Assembly (NCBI RefSeq): GCF_004010195.1
Contig: NC_057751.1
Coordinates: 4,480,536 to 4,525,932 of the forward strand
Direction of reading: 5' to 3'
Origin: Chiloscyllium plagiosum
Taxonomy: Eukaryota
Length of the DNA: 45,397 nucleotides
Below the pieces are notes generated by a model. It saw only the letters and a list, made by a program, of their open reading frames with translations, was not told the origin of the DNA and did no database searches. A program made the position numbers and the translations under genes. Positions 34,855-44,698 of the stretch are shown one piece after another; positions within the stretch are counted from its first letter, which is position 1; every line of letters starts with the position of its first letter.

Positions 34855-35270
34855 TTTTATTCACTCAGGGGACATGGGCATTGCTGGCTAGACCCAGCAT
34901 TTATTGCCCATTCTTATTTGCCCCTTGGTGAGCTACCTTCTTGAACCGCTACAGTTGTGCGTTGTAGACACATCCACATTGCCATTAGGGAGGGAATTCC
35001 AGGAATTTCACCCAGTGACATTAAAGAAACAGCGATATATTCCTAAGTCAGAGTGGTGAGGGGTTCAGAGGGGAACTTGCAGAGGGTGGTGTTCCCATGT
35101 ATCTGCTGCCCTTGTCCTTCTGTTTGGAAGTGGTCATGGGTTTGGAAGGTGCTGTCTGAGGATCGTTGGTGGGTTTCTGTATTGCTTCTTGTAGGTGGGA
35201 CACATTGCTGCTACTAAACATCAATGGTAAAGGGAGTAGATAACTGTGGATACAGTGTCAATCAAGTGGG
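34855..35270 (-). mobile_element. L2/CR1-group LINE 3' end
   Basis: cagcatttattgcccatt...ggtgagctaccttcttgaaccgc...gaggggaacttgcag...tgctgctact matches 17500-17920. Confidence 0.85.
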
Positions 35271-35637
35271 GTTACCATTGACCAGAAACTCAACTGCACT
35301 CACACACAAATCCAGTCTGGACAATGAATAATGCAAGTGATGCAATCTGGGGACTGGCTGTTGATCCCATTAAACTATGGGACCATCTGAAACCCTGGAC
35401 CAATCAGCAGCAAGACCACGTTCCCAATTCTCCCATGCCCAGCAGGAAATACAATCAATAAAATCTTTCAGCCTACCTTTCCCATCTTCACTGGGAAACC
35501 ATTCTCATGATTGACTGTGGTTCCCATCTCCAACAAAAATGGTGCTGGGACCCCAGTGATGTCATCAGGCTCACCTTCGCTCCTCACCAGGACTAAAAAG
35601 GACCCCACCAGCTTGAGGTGGCTGTCTTTTATGCCTG

Positions 35638-36224
35638 GAGAAAGTGAGGACTGCTGATGCTGGAGATCAGAGCTGAAAAATGTGTTTCTGGAAAAGCGCA
35701 GCAGGTCAGGCAGCATCCGAGGAGCAGGAGAATCGACGTTTCGGGCATAAGCCCTTCTTCAGGAATGAGGAGAATGTGCCAAGCAGGCTAAGATAAAAGG
35801 TAGGGAGGAGGGACTTGGGGGAGGGGCATTGGAAATGCGATAGGTGGAAGGAAGTTAAGGTGAGGGTGATAGGCTGGAGAGGGAGTGGGGGCAGAGAGGT
35901 CGGGAAGAAGATTGCAGGTCAAGAAGGTGGTGCTGAGTCCGAGGGTTGGGACTGAGAAAAGGTGGGGGGAGGGGAAATGAGGAAGTTGGAGAAATCTGCA
36001 TTCATCCCTTGTGGTTGGAGGGTTCCTAGATGGAAGATGAGGCGCTCTTCCTCCAGGCGTCGTGTTGCCATGGTCTGACGATGGAGGAGGCCAAGGACCT
36101 GCATGTCCTTGGTGGAGTGGGAGGGGGAGTTGAAGTGTACAATCACGGGACGGTTGGGTTGGTTGGTGCGGGTGTCCCAGAGGTGTACTCTGAAATGTTC
36201 CGCACATAGGCGGCCTGTCTCCCC
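35638..36224 (-). mobile_element. Penelope-like element 3' end: GIY-YIG endonuclease C-terminal half plus pseudo-LTR (Neptune-like)
   Basis: Minus strand reads GETGRLCAEHFRVHLWDTRTNQPNRPVIVHFNSPSHSTKDMQVLGLLHRQTMATRRLEEERLIFHLGTLQPQGMN. It is followed by a C/T-rich UTR and the family A pseudo-LTR. Confidence 0.9.
35731..35767 (-). ncRNA. Minimal type I hammerhead ribozyme motif in PLE pseudo-LTR
   Basis: Minus strand cattc-CTGAAGA-A-GGGC-TTAT-GCCC-GAAA-C-GTC-gatt has all core nucleotides intact. Confidence 0.8.
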
Positions 36225-36480
36225 AGGTGGGAATACGTCATCTGGGTGATTTGAGTTGTGTCAGTCACCATGTCTCCCAACATCAGCTTTGGCACATTCA
36301 GAAAAGGGTCACCATCTCTGCTGGCATTGGGTCGGGGACTGCCGAGCTTGCTAACTTCAGCCCACCTAGTTTCATGCTAGCCCTAGCACCTGCTGCTCGT
36401 GATGGAAGACACAGCCATTCCCAGCAAATAGAATGCGTCTCAAATATTAATCTTCCATTCTTGATGAAGATGAGCTGCAG

Positions 36481-36741
36481 GGGAATCCTGGAGTAATCCC
36501 GGAGTAACCTCTTCATCAGCCCTCACTTTAAATGGCAGATCAAAAAAATACAGCCTTATGGTGCAGGGAACAGTGGGAGACTTTGAGATCAGAATGAAGT
36601 TGGTCAGCTTTGAGATTGACCATAGCCGGTCTGATATCTGTCCCTGGACTCTTCCCCCAAACCAAACTTTCAGCCAACTACCCTTCCTGAAGCCTACAAC
36701 AATCTGGGCCATCCTTTGGCTGGAGGTGGAGGTTGCTAGGG
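36481..36741 (+). CDS. Candidate internal coding exon, unidentified (start 36481 or 36539)
   Basis: Open frame ...SKKYSLMVQGTVGDFEIRMKLVSFEIDHSRSDICPWTLPPNQTFSQLPFLKPTTIWAILWLEVEVAR ending at AGG G|gtgagg (phase-1 donor). Codon usage looks coding-like. Confidence 0.3.
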
Positions 36742-37116
36742 GTGAGGTCTCCTTCGAATCTGGAGCTGCAACTTTGGGAAGGGCTGTGGCTGGGGACTCA
36801 GGGTTACGGGATGGGTACAGTCCTGGCTCTGTGGCTGGGGTCAGAGATGCGTGAGAGCTCAAGGGGTGGTGACAAGTCTTCAGATGGCTCAGCCCGCACT
36901 GCAAGTGCTTTGACAAGTGCTGGGTAGGGGGGGAAGAAATGTTGAAAGCGCAGCCTGGAGCTTTCAAATCCTGGGGGGGAAACCGTTAACAGGGTGATGG
37001 GGAGATGGTGGAGCTGTGGCTCTGAGTCGGTTTCCCTTGCAGGGGACTGGTATTGATGTGAGGGGCTGAATGGTCTATTTCGGTGCTGCAGCCGTTCAAT
37101 GGCTCTCCCTCTATAA

Positions 37117-37454
37117 ATTAGATTAGATTACTTACAGTGCGGAAACAGGCCCTTCGCGGAAACAGGCCCTTCGGTCCAACAAGTCCACACCGACCCTCCG
37201 AGGAGCAACCCACCCAGACCCATTCCCCAACAATTACCCCTTCACCTAACACTACGGGCAATTTAGCACGGCCAATTCACTCTGACCTGCACATTTTTGG
37301 ACTGTGGGAGGAAACCGGAGCACCCGGAGGAAACCCACACAGACACGGGGAGAATGTGCAAACTCCACACAGTCAATCACCTGAGGCAGGAATTGAACCC
37401 GGGTCTCTGGCGCCGTGAGGCAGCAGTGCTAACCACTGTGCCACTGTGCCGCCC
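37117..37454 (-). mobile_element. HE1-type SINE, full length and young
   Basis: Minus strand gggcggcacagtggcacagtggttagcactgctgcctcacggcgccagagacccgggttcaattcc... CpGs are retained. (AATCT)n tail. Confidence 0.95.
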
Positions 37455-37577
37455 GCAGATCCTGGTGTGGTTCAGTTTGACTTTGCAATTTGAGCCTGGG
37501 TGCAGAGGGAGCCCCCTGCTTTGATTTCCAGTTCATCTGAGCCGTGGTTAAATTGATTTGTTCTTCCTGGAACACAG

Positions 37578-37675
37578 GCTCATCCATCAACAGCCAGCCT
37601 TGGTGGCGCGAAGCTCTGCAATATCTTCCTTACATCGGGAAAGACAGCTCCTGTGACTATCGGGAAATCTGTTGA
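37578..37675 (+). CDS. Candidate terminal coding exon, unidentified
   Basis: Acceptor tttgttcttcctggaacacag|. The phase-1 frame reads (G)SSINSQPWWREALQYLPYIGKDSSCDYREIC*. AATAAA at 37717-37722. Confidence 0.3.
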
Positions 37676-37964
37676 CCCGCTCCCCCTTACTCCCCAGTGC
37701 CTGTGCCCCTTGCTTCAATAAAAATTTGATGTTTCCCAAAAGCTTCCAGCTGATTGGCAGGAGGAAGCCTCCAGAGGAGGCAGGGTTGCAAAGACAATAC
37801 AGAGAGTGGAGAGAGAAAGTGGCAACATCTGTTGGAGAGAGAGAAGCAGAAATTTGAGTCCTGTTTAGCACTGAAAGATGTTGCAAAACTGTGTCTTGTG
37901 CTGTTGGCAGAGTTGGGCGGGGGGGGTGGTTGGGGGTGCTGAACTCACTGAAAGGATTGGTCTC

Positions 37965-38060
37965 CCTCTGTTTTTTCTCTCTCTCTGTAAGAGCTGCTAA
38001 GTTTCTCCGGCACTTTCTGTTTTTAGTTCAGATCTCCAGCATTCGCAGTGTTTGCCTTTC
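37965..38060 (+). mobile_element. Degenerate PLE pseudo-LTR end (family B)
   Basis: gctaagtttctccggcactttctgtttttagttcagatctccagcattcgcagt resembles the 645-866 arms. Confidence 0.5.
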
Positions 38061-38149
38061 ATCCAGTAAACCTCTTGGACTCTCCCAGTCCAAAAGCTCT
38101 CCAGCTTGAACCGGGTGGACGGGAAAAGGCACCGGAGTGAGATGGAATT

Positions 38150-38572
38150 TTGAGGAGATGTGGGTGTATCTGGCTAGTCCAGTCTGGAGACCCATGTTGG
38201 CTACACTGGGTAAGGGTGGCAGATTTCCTTCCCTGAAGGACATGAGTGACCCAGGTGGGGTTTTCCCAACAATCGACAATGATTTCATGATAGGTAAAAA
38301 CACTGACTGCAGATGCTGGAAACCAGATTCTGGATTAGTGGTGCTGGAAAAGCCCACCAGGTCAGGCAGCATCCGAGAAGCTGCTGCCTGAACTTCTGTG
38401 CTTTTTCAGCACCATTAATCCAGAAAATTATTTCATGATCCTCAGGGTATTTTTTGCAAACATCAAATTCAGATTCCACTATTGACCAGGAAGGTTTATA
38501 AGCCAGGTCCCCAGGACATGATGTGGGTCTCTGGACTAGTCAGCGAGCCATGAAACCCTATCGCCATTGTCT
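38150..38572 (-). mobile_element. Meta-domain-like SINE, split by a fold-back insertion
   Basis: ggtaagggtggcagatttccttccctgaaggacatgagtgacccaggtggggttttcccaacaatcgacaatgatttcatg aligns with 6520-6605. Confidence 0.75.
38292..38425. mobile_element. Fold-back PLE pseudo-LTR insertion (family A) with TSD
   Basis: tctggattagtggtgctggaaaagcccaccaggtcaggcagca pairs with tgctgcctgaacttctgtgctttttcagcaccattaatccaga. Direct repeat atttcatgat at 38282-91 and 38430-39. Confidence 0.85.
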
Positions 38573-39124
38573 TTGCTATCCAACAGTGAGAGGGATAAAG
38601 AGAGAAGTATAAATACATGTTGGTGTATGGGAAAGGCCATGACATGTAAGAAAATGTGTAAGAAATGGGTTGGAAGAGAGACAGATACAAAGAGAGTGAG
38701 AGTCACAGACAGGGGTAAGTCTGGATGATGGGCATGAGGAAGTGAGAGAGATTGCCACACACTGGTTTCGCTACAGACTACAAAACAGCAACAGGTCAGT
38801 AATACAGTGATTGTATTCCTTTGTGGAGTTACATTGGGAATGACTTCCCATGTCTATCAATGAAGAGAGGAGGTTGGTGGCCTTCTGCAACACTATCGAG
38901 TAGACAGGCCAAATAGGGGCATTTCAACCCAGACAGACAGAGTGCTGAAACAGACCGAGAGTGTACATTCCGAGTACAGACAGAGCTTATCACCATCTGG
39001 CACATTCTGATCAGAAAGGGAAACAGTTGATTTATAAGTCCCAATGTGTGTTTGAAGATTTTATTCTAGTCCTGCACTTCATCCTCAGGATAAAATTGTC
39101 ACTAGTATTTAGCGTCTGAGCCAG

Positions 39125-39297
39125 ATTGCCCTTGAGAAGGTGATGGTGAACTGCTTTCTCAAATCGTTGCAGTTCCTGAGATGTAGCTACACCCACAATG
39201 TCCTCAGGGAGGGACCCAGCGACAGTGAAGGAATGGCGGTGTATTTCCAAGTCAGGATGGTGATTGACTCAGAGGGGAACTTGCAGGGGGTGGTGTA
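39125..39297 (-). mobile_element. L2/CR1-group LINE 3' fragment
   Basis: ttgcccttgagaaggtgatggtga...gacccagcgacagtgaaggaatggcggtgtatttccaagtcaggatggtg. Confidence 0.8.
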
Positions 39298-39474
39298 TCT
39301 CAGGCCCTGACCATTTAAATGGCAAAAGTTAATTTATACACAAATATCCCAATGTCAAATTTCACAGCAAAAGACTTTTGGAGAATTCCAAGGGTTTTAC
39401 TGCAAATCCACAAACATCACCTTCCCTTTCTGGACCCTTTCTACATCCAGAAACCAACAGCCCAGTTGAGAATA

Positions 39475-39977
39475 TTAAGAACATAAGAACTAGGAGCAGG
39501 AGTCGGCCACCTGGCCTATCCCGCCTGCTCTGCCATTCAATAAGATCATGGCTGGCCTTTTCATGGACTCAGCTCCACTTACCCACCCGCTCACCATGAC
39601 CCTTAATTCCATGACTGTTCAAAAATCTGTCTATTTTTACCTTAAAAACATACAACGGGGTAGCCTCAGCTGCTTCTCTGGTCAGGGAATTCCACAGATT
39701 CACAACCTTTTGGATGAAGAAGTTTCGCCTCAACTCAGTCCTAAATCTGCTCCCCCTTAGTTTGAGGCTCTGCCTCTCATTCTAGTTACACCCCCCAGTG
39801 GAAACAACCTCCCTCCTTCTATCTCCTCTATTCCCTTTATTATTTTGATATGTTTCTCCAAGATCCCCCCTCATTCCTCTAAATTCCAAAGAGTATTGTC
39901 CCAGTCTACTCAGTCTCTCCTCATTAGCCAATCCTCTCAACGCTGGAATCAATCTCGTGAACTTCCTCTGCTCCCCC
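39475..39977 (-). mobile_element. CR1 LINE 3' portion, (TTCTTATG) tail subfamily
   Basis: Minus ORF contains QRKFTRLIPALRGLANEERLSRLGQYSLEFRGMRGDL. taagaacataagaac tail. Confidence 0.9.
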
Positions 39978-40440
39978 CTTCCACAGAAGAAACCAACTCT
40001 CTTTTGTTGGTCAAATAGAGTCACCGCCAAATTAACAGAGCACGCAGTTAACATGCACTACTACACTGTCATTCCCCACTCCTGCCCCAGGCAGTATCAC
40101 AACAACAATAAAATAAAGTACACGGGAGGAAATATGGTGGAAGACAAAATCAAAATGATGATCATGGAGGAGATAATGCTCCCCCAGCTCCTACGGTACC
40201 CACATGTCTCTAAAGGCAGCAAGCTATCCAGTGACCATTGCATGTTCCCTCTCCAAGAATGTGGGAGTAACCACAGAAGGGAGGCAGCTAATCAGAAACT
40301 GTGTCACCCACCAGGGCCCACAGACCGGACTTGTCGCCTACCTCTTCCTATGCCGGCTGGCCAAAGATCAGGAGCATGGGGCTGAACTGCGGCCTAGAGG
40401 ACATCAACAGGACTTTTTAAATGAACAGTCAGGGACTGGA

Positions 40441-40645
40441 GAAAGTGAGGATTGCAGATGCTGGAGATCATACTGGAGCGTGTGGTGCTGGGAAAGCACA
40501 GCAGGTCAGGCAGCGTCCAAGGAGCAGGAGAGTCAACATTTCAGGCAGAAGCCCTTCACCAGGAATCCTTCATCATTCCTGATGAAGGGCTTATCTCCTG
40601 GTCCTCAGGTGCTGCCTGACCTGCTGTGCTTTTCCAGCAGCACAA
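40441..40645. mobile_element. Fold-back PLE pseudo-LTR insertion (family A) with two divergently oriented hammerhead remnants
   Basis: Minus arm 40441-40566 (core mutated to CTGGTGA) and plus arm 40575-40645 (CTGATGA at 40579, GAAA deleted). Flanks tcagggactgga / tcaggtagtgga match 10/12. Confidence 0.8.
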
Positions 40646-40974
40646 TCAGGTAGTGGAAAACTGCCCCAAGTTTAAAGAACCCAACCCTCCTTTTTTTAAT
40701 GGACCCACCACCAAATGAACAAGACATCCAATTATCCAGTGACACCGATCGACCCCAACAATAACAAAACCAAACAGTGAAGGAAGTAAGGGAGGAGCTA
40801 AGCTGAAGCAGTGATGGAGCTGCAGTATAATGCACTCAGATCCTACAGTGCCCACCTCTCTCTGAAATATTGGACAACACATGCTTCTTCTTAAGGGATA
40901 TTGAGCTGGGCACAAACGTAGCTGTGGACAGTCAGGAATTACCATCTCGTACAGCAGCTGCAAGCATGACCCGG

Positions 40975-41190
40975 TGTTTGTAAGGTGCTGCCTGAGGGTT
41001 TTTGTTGAATTGCTGCGGTTTCATCTTGTTGATGGTACACACTGCTGCTACTGAGCGTCGGTGGTGGAGGGAGGGGATATTTGTGGATGTGAGCCAATCA
41101 AGCAGGGGCTGCACTGCCCAGGATGGTATTGAGCTTCTTGGGTGTTGTTGGAGCTGCCCCCATCCTGGGCAAGTGGGGAGTATTCCATCA
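40975..41190 (-). mobile_element. L2/CR1-group LINE fragment
   Basis: Minus ORF contains STNIPSLHHRRSVAAVCTINKM. Confidence 0.85.
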
Positions 41191-42769
41191 TAAATCTCAA
41201 AGACCTCAAACACATCTATTTCTGTCTGGTGTGGGGGGGGAGCTGTGAATGTAAGAAAGGCTGCTGCTTGCAAAAATGGCTGACAATGATGAGATGGTCT
41301 CTAAATATAACTCAAAGCATTCCACTCTTCCTTCAATACCAGGCTCGGGCACATTGCATGCTTGAGTCTCATTGCTGGCAGACAATGATGACACACACTC
41401 ACTGAGCAGAAATATTCAACATTAATATCAGTGCAGGAAACCATTGCAGTGGGGGAGGGACTCCCTGAGATCCTTGTATCAGTGCAGCCCATTCAACTGA
41501 CAGTGATGGGAAATGACTGAACAAGGAAACAACATCAAAAAATAAACAGGCAGCCAGGTTCCTGGAGGGAATTTGCAAACCTTCATTTTAACTGTGAGAT
41601 GTTTCCCTGGAATTCTTACTTTCAGAGATCCTACGAATGTGATCTGTCACTTGAACATTGTAATGAAAAGTGGGAATGTGCACTTTCACTTACAGTTTCA
41701 CTCAGAGAGCTGTACTTTGCTTCTCATGATGTATTTATATGGCTGTCAGAGGGATTCTCTCGCTCTGGTTGTTGCAAGCTGGCTATACTAAATACTGGAG
41801 AAAACGATTAGTGCAAGCTGGAAAAACAGCAGTCTCTGGGAGTCAACACTGAGTTCAGCGATTTCCTTCCATGTCCATTCCCCAAGCCCACACCCCCAGG
41901 CTCTGTCAGGACAAGGGTGTGGGAGGCTCAAATGTCAAGGGGTCAGAAATAGAGAGATCTTGGAGGGTTGGAAAGCTGGAGTCGGGTACAGGGATAAGGG
42001 AGGGGTGAGTCATGGAGAGACTGGTTGTCAGGGTGAATTAGTGAGGGAGATGTGTTGCAAATCGATTGCTGTTATTTTAAGGCTCAGCAGCTAATATGTA
42101 AGTTTACGAGCTTCAGTAGTTTACTGCTGCAGACTGACTGACCTTCCTCCAGATCAATAAGTCAGTGATTATACTGACTGTCTGCAATCTCAATCCACCA
42201 GGGACAGGGTCGGGGGGAGTTAACCTCTGCACACCCAGAGTGGAGAAACCACCACGTTTTGCAGCCTCTGATTGTCGACACAGCATCAGAGTAGGCACAG
42301 GGTGCACTGCTCTGTGAAAGAGTTGTGATTAGAAATGTGGGCACTGTCGAAAACAATTCTTCAATGCATCAGTCAAACCACATCCACTCGAGCTAAACCC
42401 CAAGGTGTAAGCCCCTTTTGTTTTACTCTCCCGATCAATATTGGGCCAAACCAAAATAATTGGTAGACTGTACTTTGGCTCAGTTCCCACTGTTAACCAT
42501 TAACTCTCCAATGAGCAGTTGGGATATGGATGGTTTTCAGGAAAATGGGAATTTACTTCCCCCCTCCCCCACCCCCCTTTTAGCTCAAAGACTGCAGGAC
42601 CTGTCAGTGCTGACCAATGTCCCCTAGAAAAGTGATTTCCCGGCTGTAGTGTCTCAGAAAAAGATACTTGCTGCTCATTTCAGATCATCCAGCCATCCAG
42701 ACAGATGAAGATAAGTACGTCAAGGTGTACTGAGATCAGGCGCTGGGTTAAAAGCATAGCACTGAACCA

Positions 42770-44660
42770 ACGGGAATGCCGAGGGTTCGGCGGGGTGTGG
42801 GGACTGGAAGTGAGAAAGGAAATAGGAAGAAGCGAAGAGGGAATGTGAGAAAAGACTGCAAGACTGCAAGACGAGGTGGTGTTCTCTCAGCATCGAAATG
42901 GAAAAAGGGTGTTTGAATGGGAAGATTGCCAACCAAGCAAGGGTGATTGGAGGCTTGAGGCATGGCTGAATGTTAGTGAAAAGGTTGGACCCGTCCTTCC
43001 AAAAGAGGGAGATGTCACCCAGAGGAGGAAACTCAGTCACCAGAACTGTTCAAAATTGACAGGACTGAATTCTTGGATGGATTGTTGGTGCTGGAAGTTC
43101 CCAGGGCACCAGTAAGATCCAAGGAATGTTGAAGGAAGTGAGCGGGACAATTGCAGGGGCCCTAGCCACAATATTTCAGTCTCCCTTCAGGATTCCGGGT
43201 GGGAGAGGTGTCAAAGGACTGGAAAATCACCGCCATTGCCACTTTGTTCAATGAGTTTGTCAGGATAATCCCAGCAATGACAGACCACCTCGTTTAACTT
43301 CGACAGTGGGGGAAAAGAAAAATCTGGGAGTAATTATTCAAGGTAGAGCCAGTGGTCACATGGAGAAACGGGAGTTGATTAGGAAGAGCCGACATTGATC
43401 TCCAAGTGGGACGTGGTGTTGAAGCAACTTGCTGGAGATTTTGAAGAGACCACAGCAAGGCAGGATGAGGGTGATGTGGTGCACATGAATGTCCAGAAAG
43501 CATTTGGATTCAGTGCCACATGACAGACTGTGAGAAGAAGATATCATTCACATATAAAACAAAACTGATTGAGAGGAAACAGAGTGTAATGGTGAAAGGA
43601 TATTCTAAGGGCTAGAGGATGGTTTGTATTTGAGATAGAGGTTGGGTATAGGGGAGAGGGGGACAAAGGAGTTCCCCAGGGGTCAGTCCTAGGACCCTTA
43701 TTTATCCTGATATATATATATATATATATTAATGATCTGAATCTCAGTGCGCTGGGGACAGTGTCAAAATTTGCAGATGACACTGAACTTGGAAGAATTG
43801 TAAAGTGTGACCATAGAAAGGGCATGGACCAGTTGGTGGAGAGGGCAGAAATGCAGCAGGTCAGGTTCCACGCAGAGAGGTGTGAGGTGAGTCTCTTTGT
43901 AAGAACATGGGCAGATCATTTTAAAGAGGGGCTCCAGTTCTAAAGGGGACACAGGAGCCGATGGGCCTGGGTGGGGATGTGCATGGAACATACTTGAGTG
44001 GCAGGGCTGGTGGGGAGAGCAGGGAATACAGTGTCCACTTGTTCTCAGCTTCATCCACAGGGGCCCAGAGTCCCAGAGCAGGGAAGTGATGGTGACCATG
44101 TACAAGATACCTGTCAGGTCTCAGCTGGAGTACTGGGTACTTTGGGAGTACCGCCATTATCAGGGATTGGGAATATGTTGGAGAGGGGGCGAAAACGACT
44201 CACATGCACCGTCCCAGGGATGAGAAACTCCAGTGACGAGGATAGACTGAAGAGGTTGGGAATGTTCTCCTGGGAGAGGGGAAGGCTGAGAGAGAGATCT
44301 GGTTGTGGTTTTCACAGTCAGGAGCGGGCTGGACAGAGTAAACAGGGAGAGAACGTTCCCACTTGGGAAAGGAACAAGAACGGGAGGGGAATGGATTTAA
44401 AGTGAGGTGGAACCGAAGTGAGGGTGATGGGGGATGGACCCTTTCCCACCCAGTGAGTAGTTCGGGTGTGGAGGGCACTGCCTGGTAATGGGCTGGAGGC
44501 AGCTTCAGTGCAGACATTCAAGAGGGGCACGGGTGGGTATTTGAGGTAGAGGTGGGCTGCAGGGGATTGGGGGACGAAGCAGGAAAATGACGGTGATGCT
44601 CCTTTGAACAGCCAGCACAGAGACGATGGGCTGAGGGCTGTAAAACCTCTGTGTTGCTGT
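42770..44660 (+). mobile_element. Long degenerate CR1 LINE ORF2 (tether, RT, C-terminus)
   Basis: Frameshifted motifs KAFGFSA/VPH, GVPQGSVLGPL, INDL, SKFADDTELG and DRLKRLGMFSWERGRLR. Confidence 0.85.
43710..43729 (+). repeat. (AT)n microsatellite inside CR1 RT
   Basis: atatatatatatatatatat. Confidence 0.95.
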
Positions 44661-44698
44661 GACCAAGGGAGGCATGGGGATTGGAGGGGGGGGGGGGG

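Noticed and set aside
38580..38760. Purine-rich stretch with several short minus-strand ORFs
   Set aside because: Low-complexity composition explains the ORFs.
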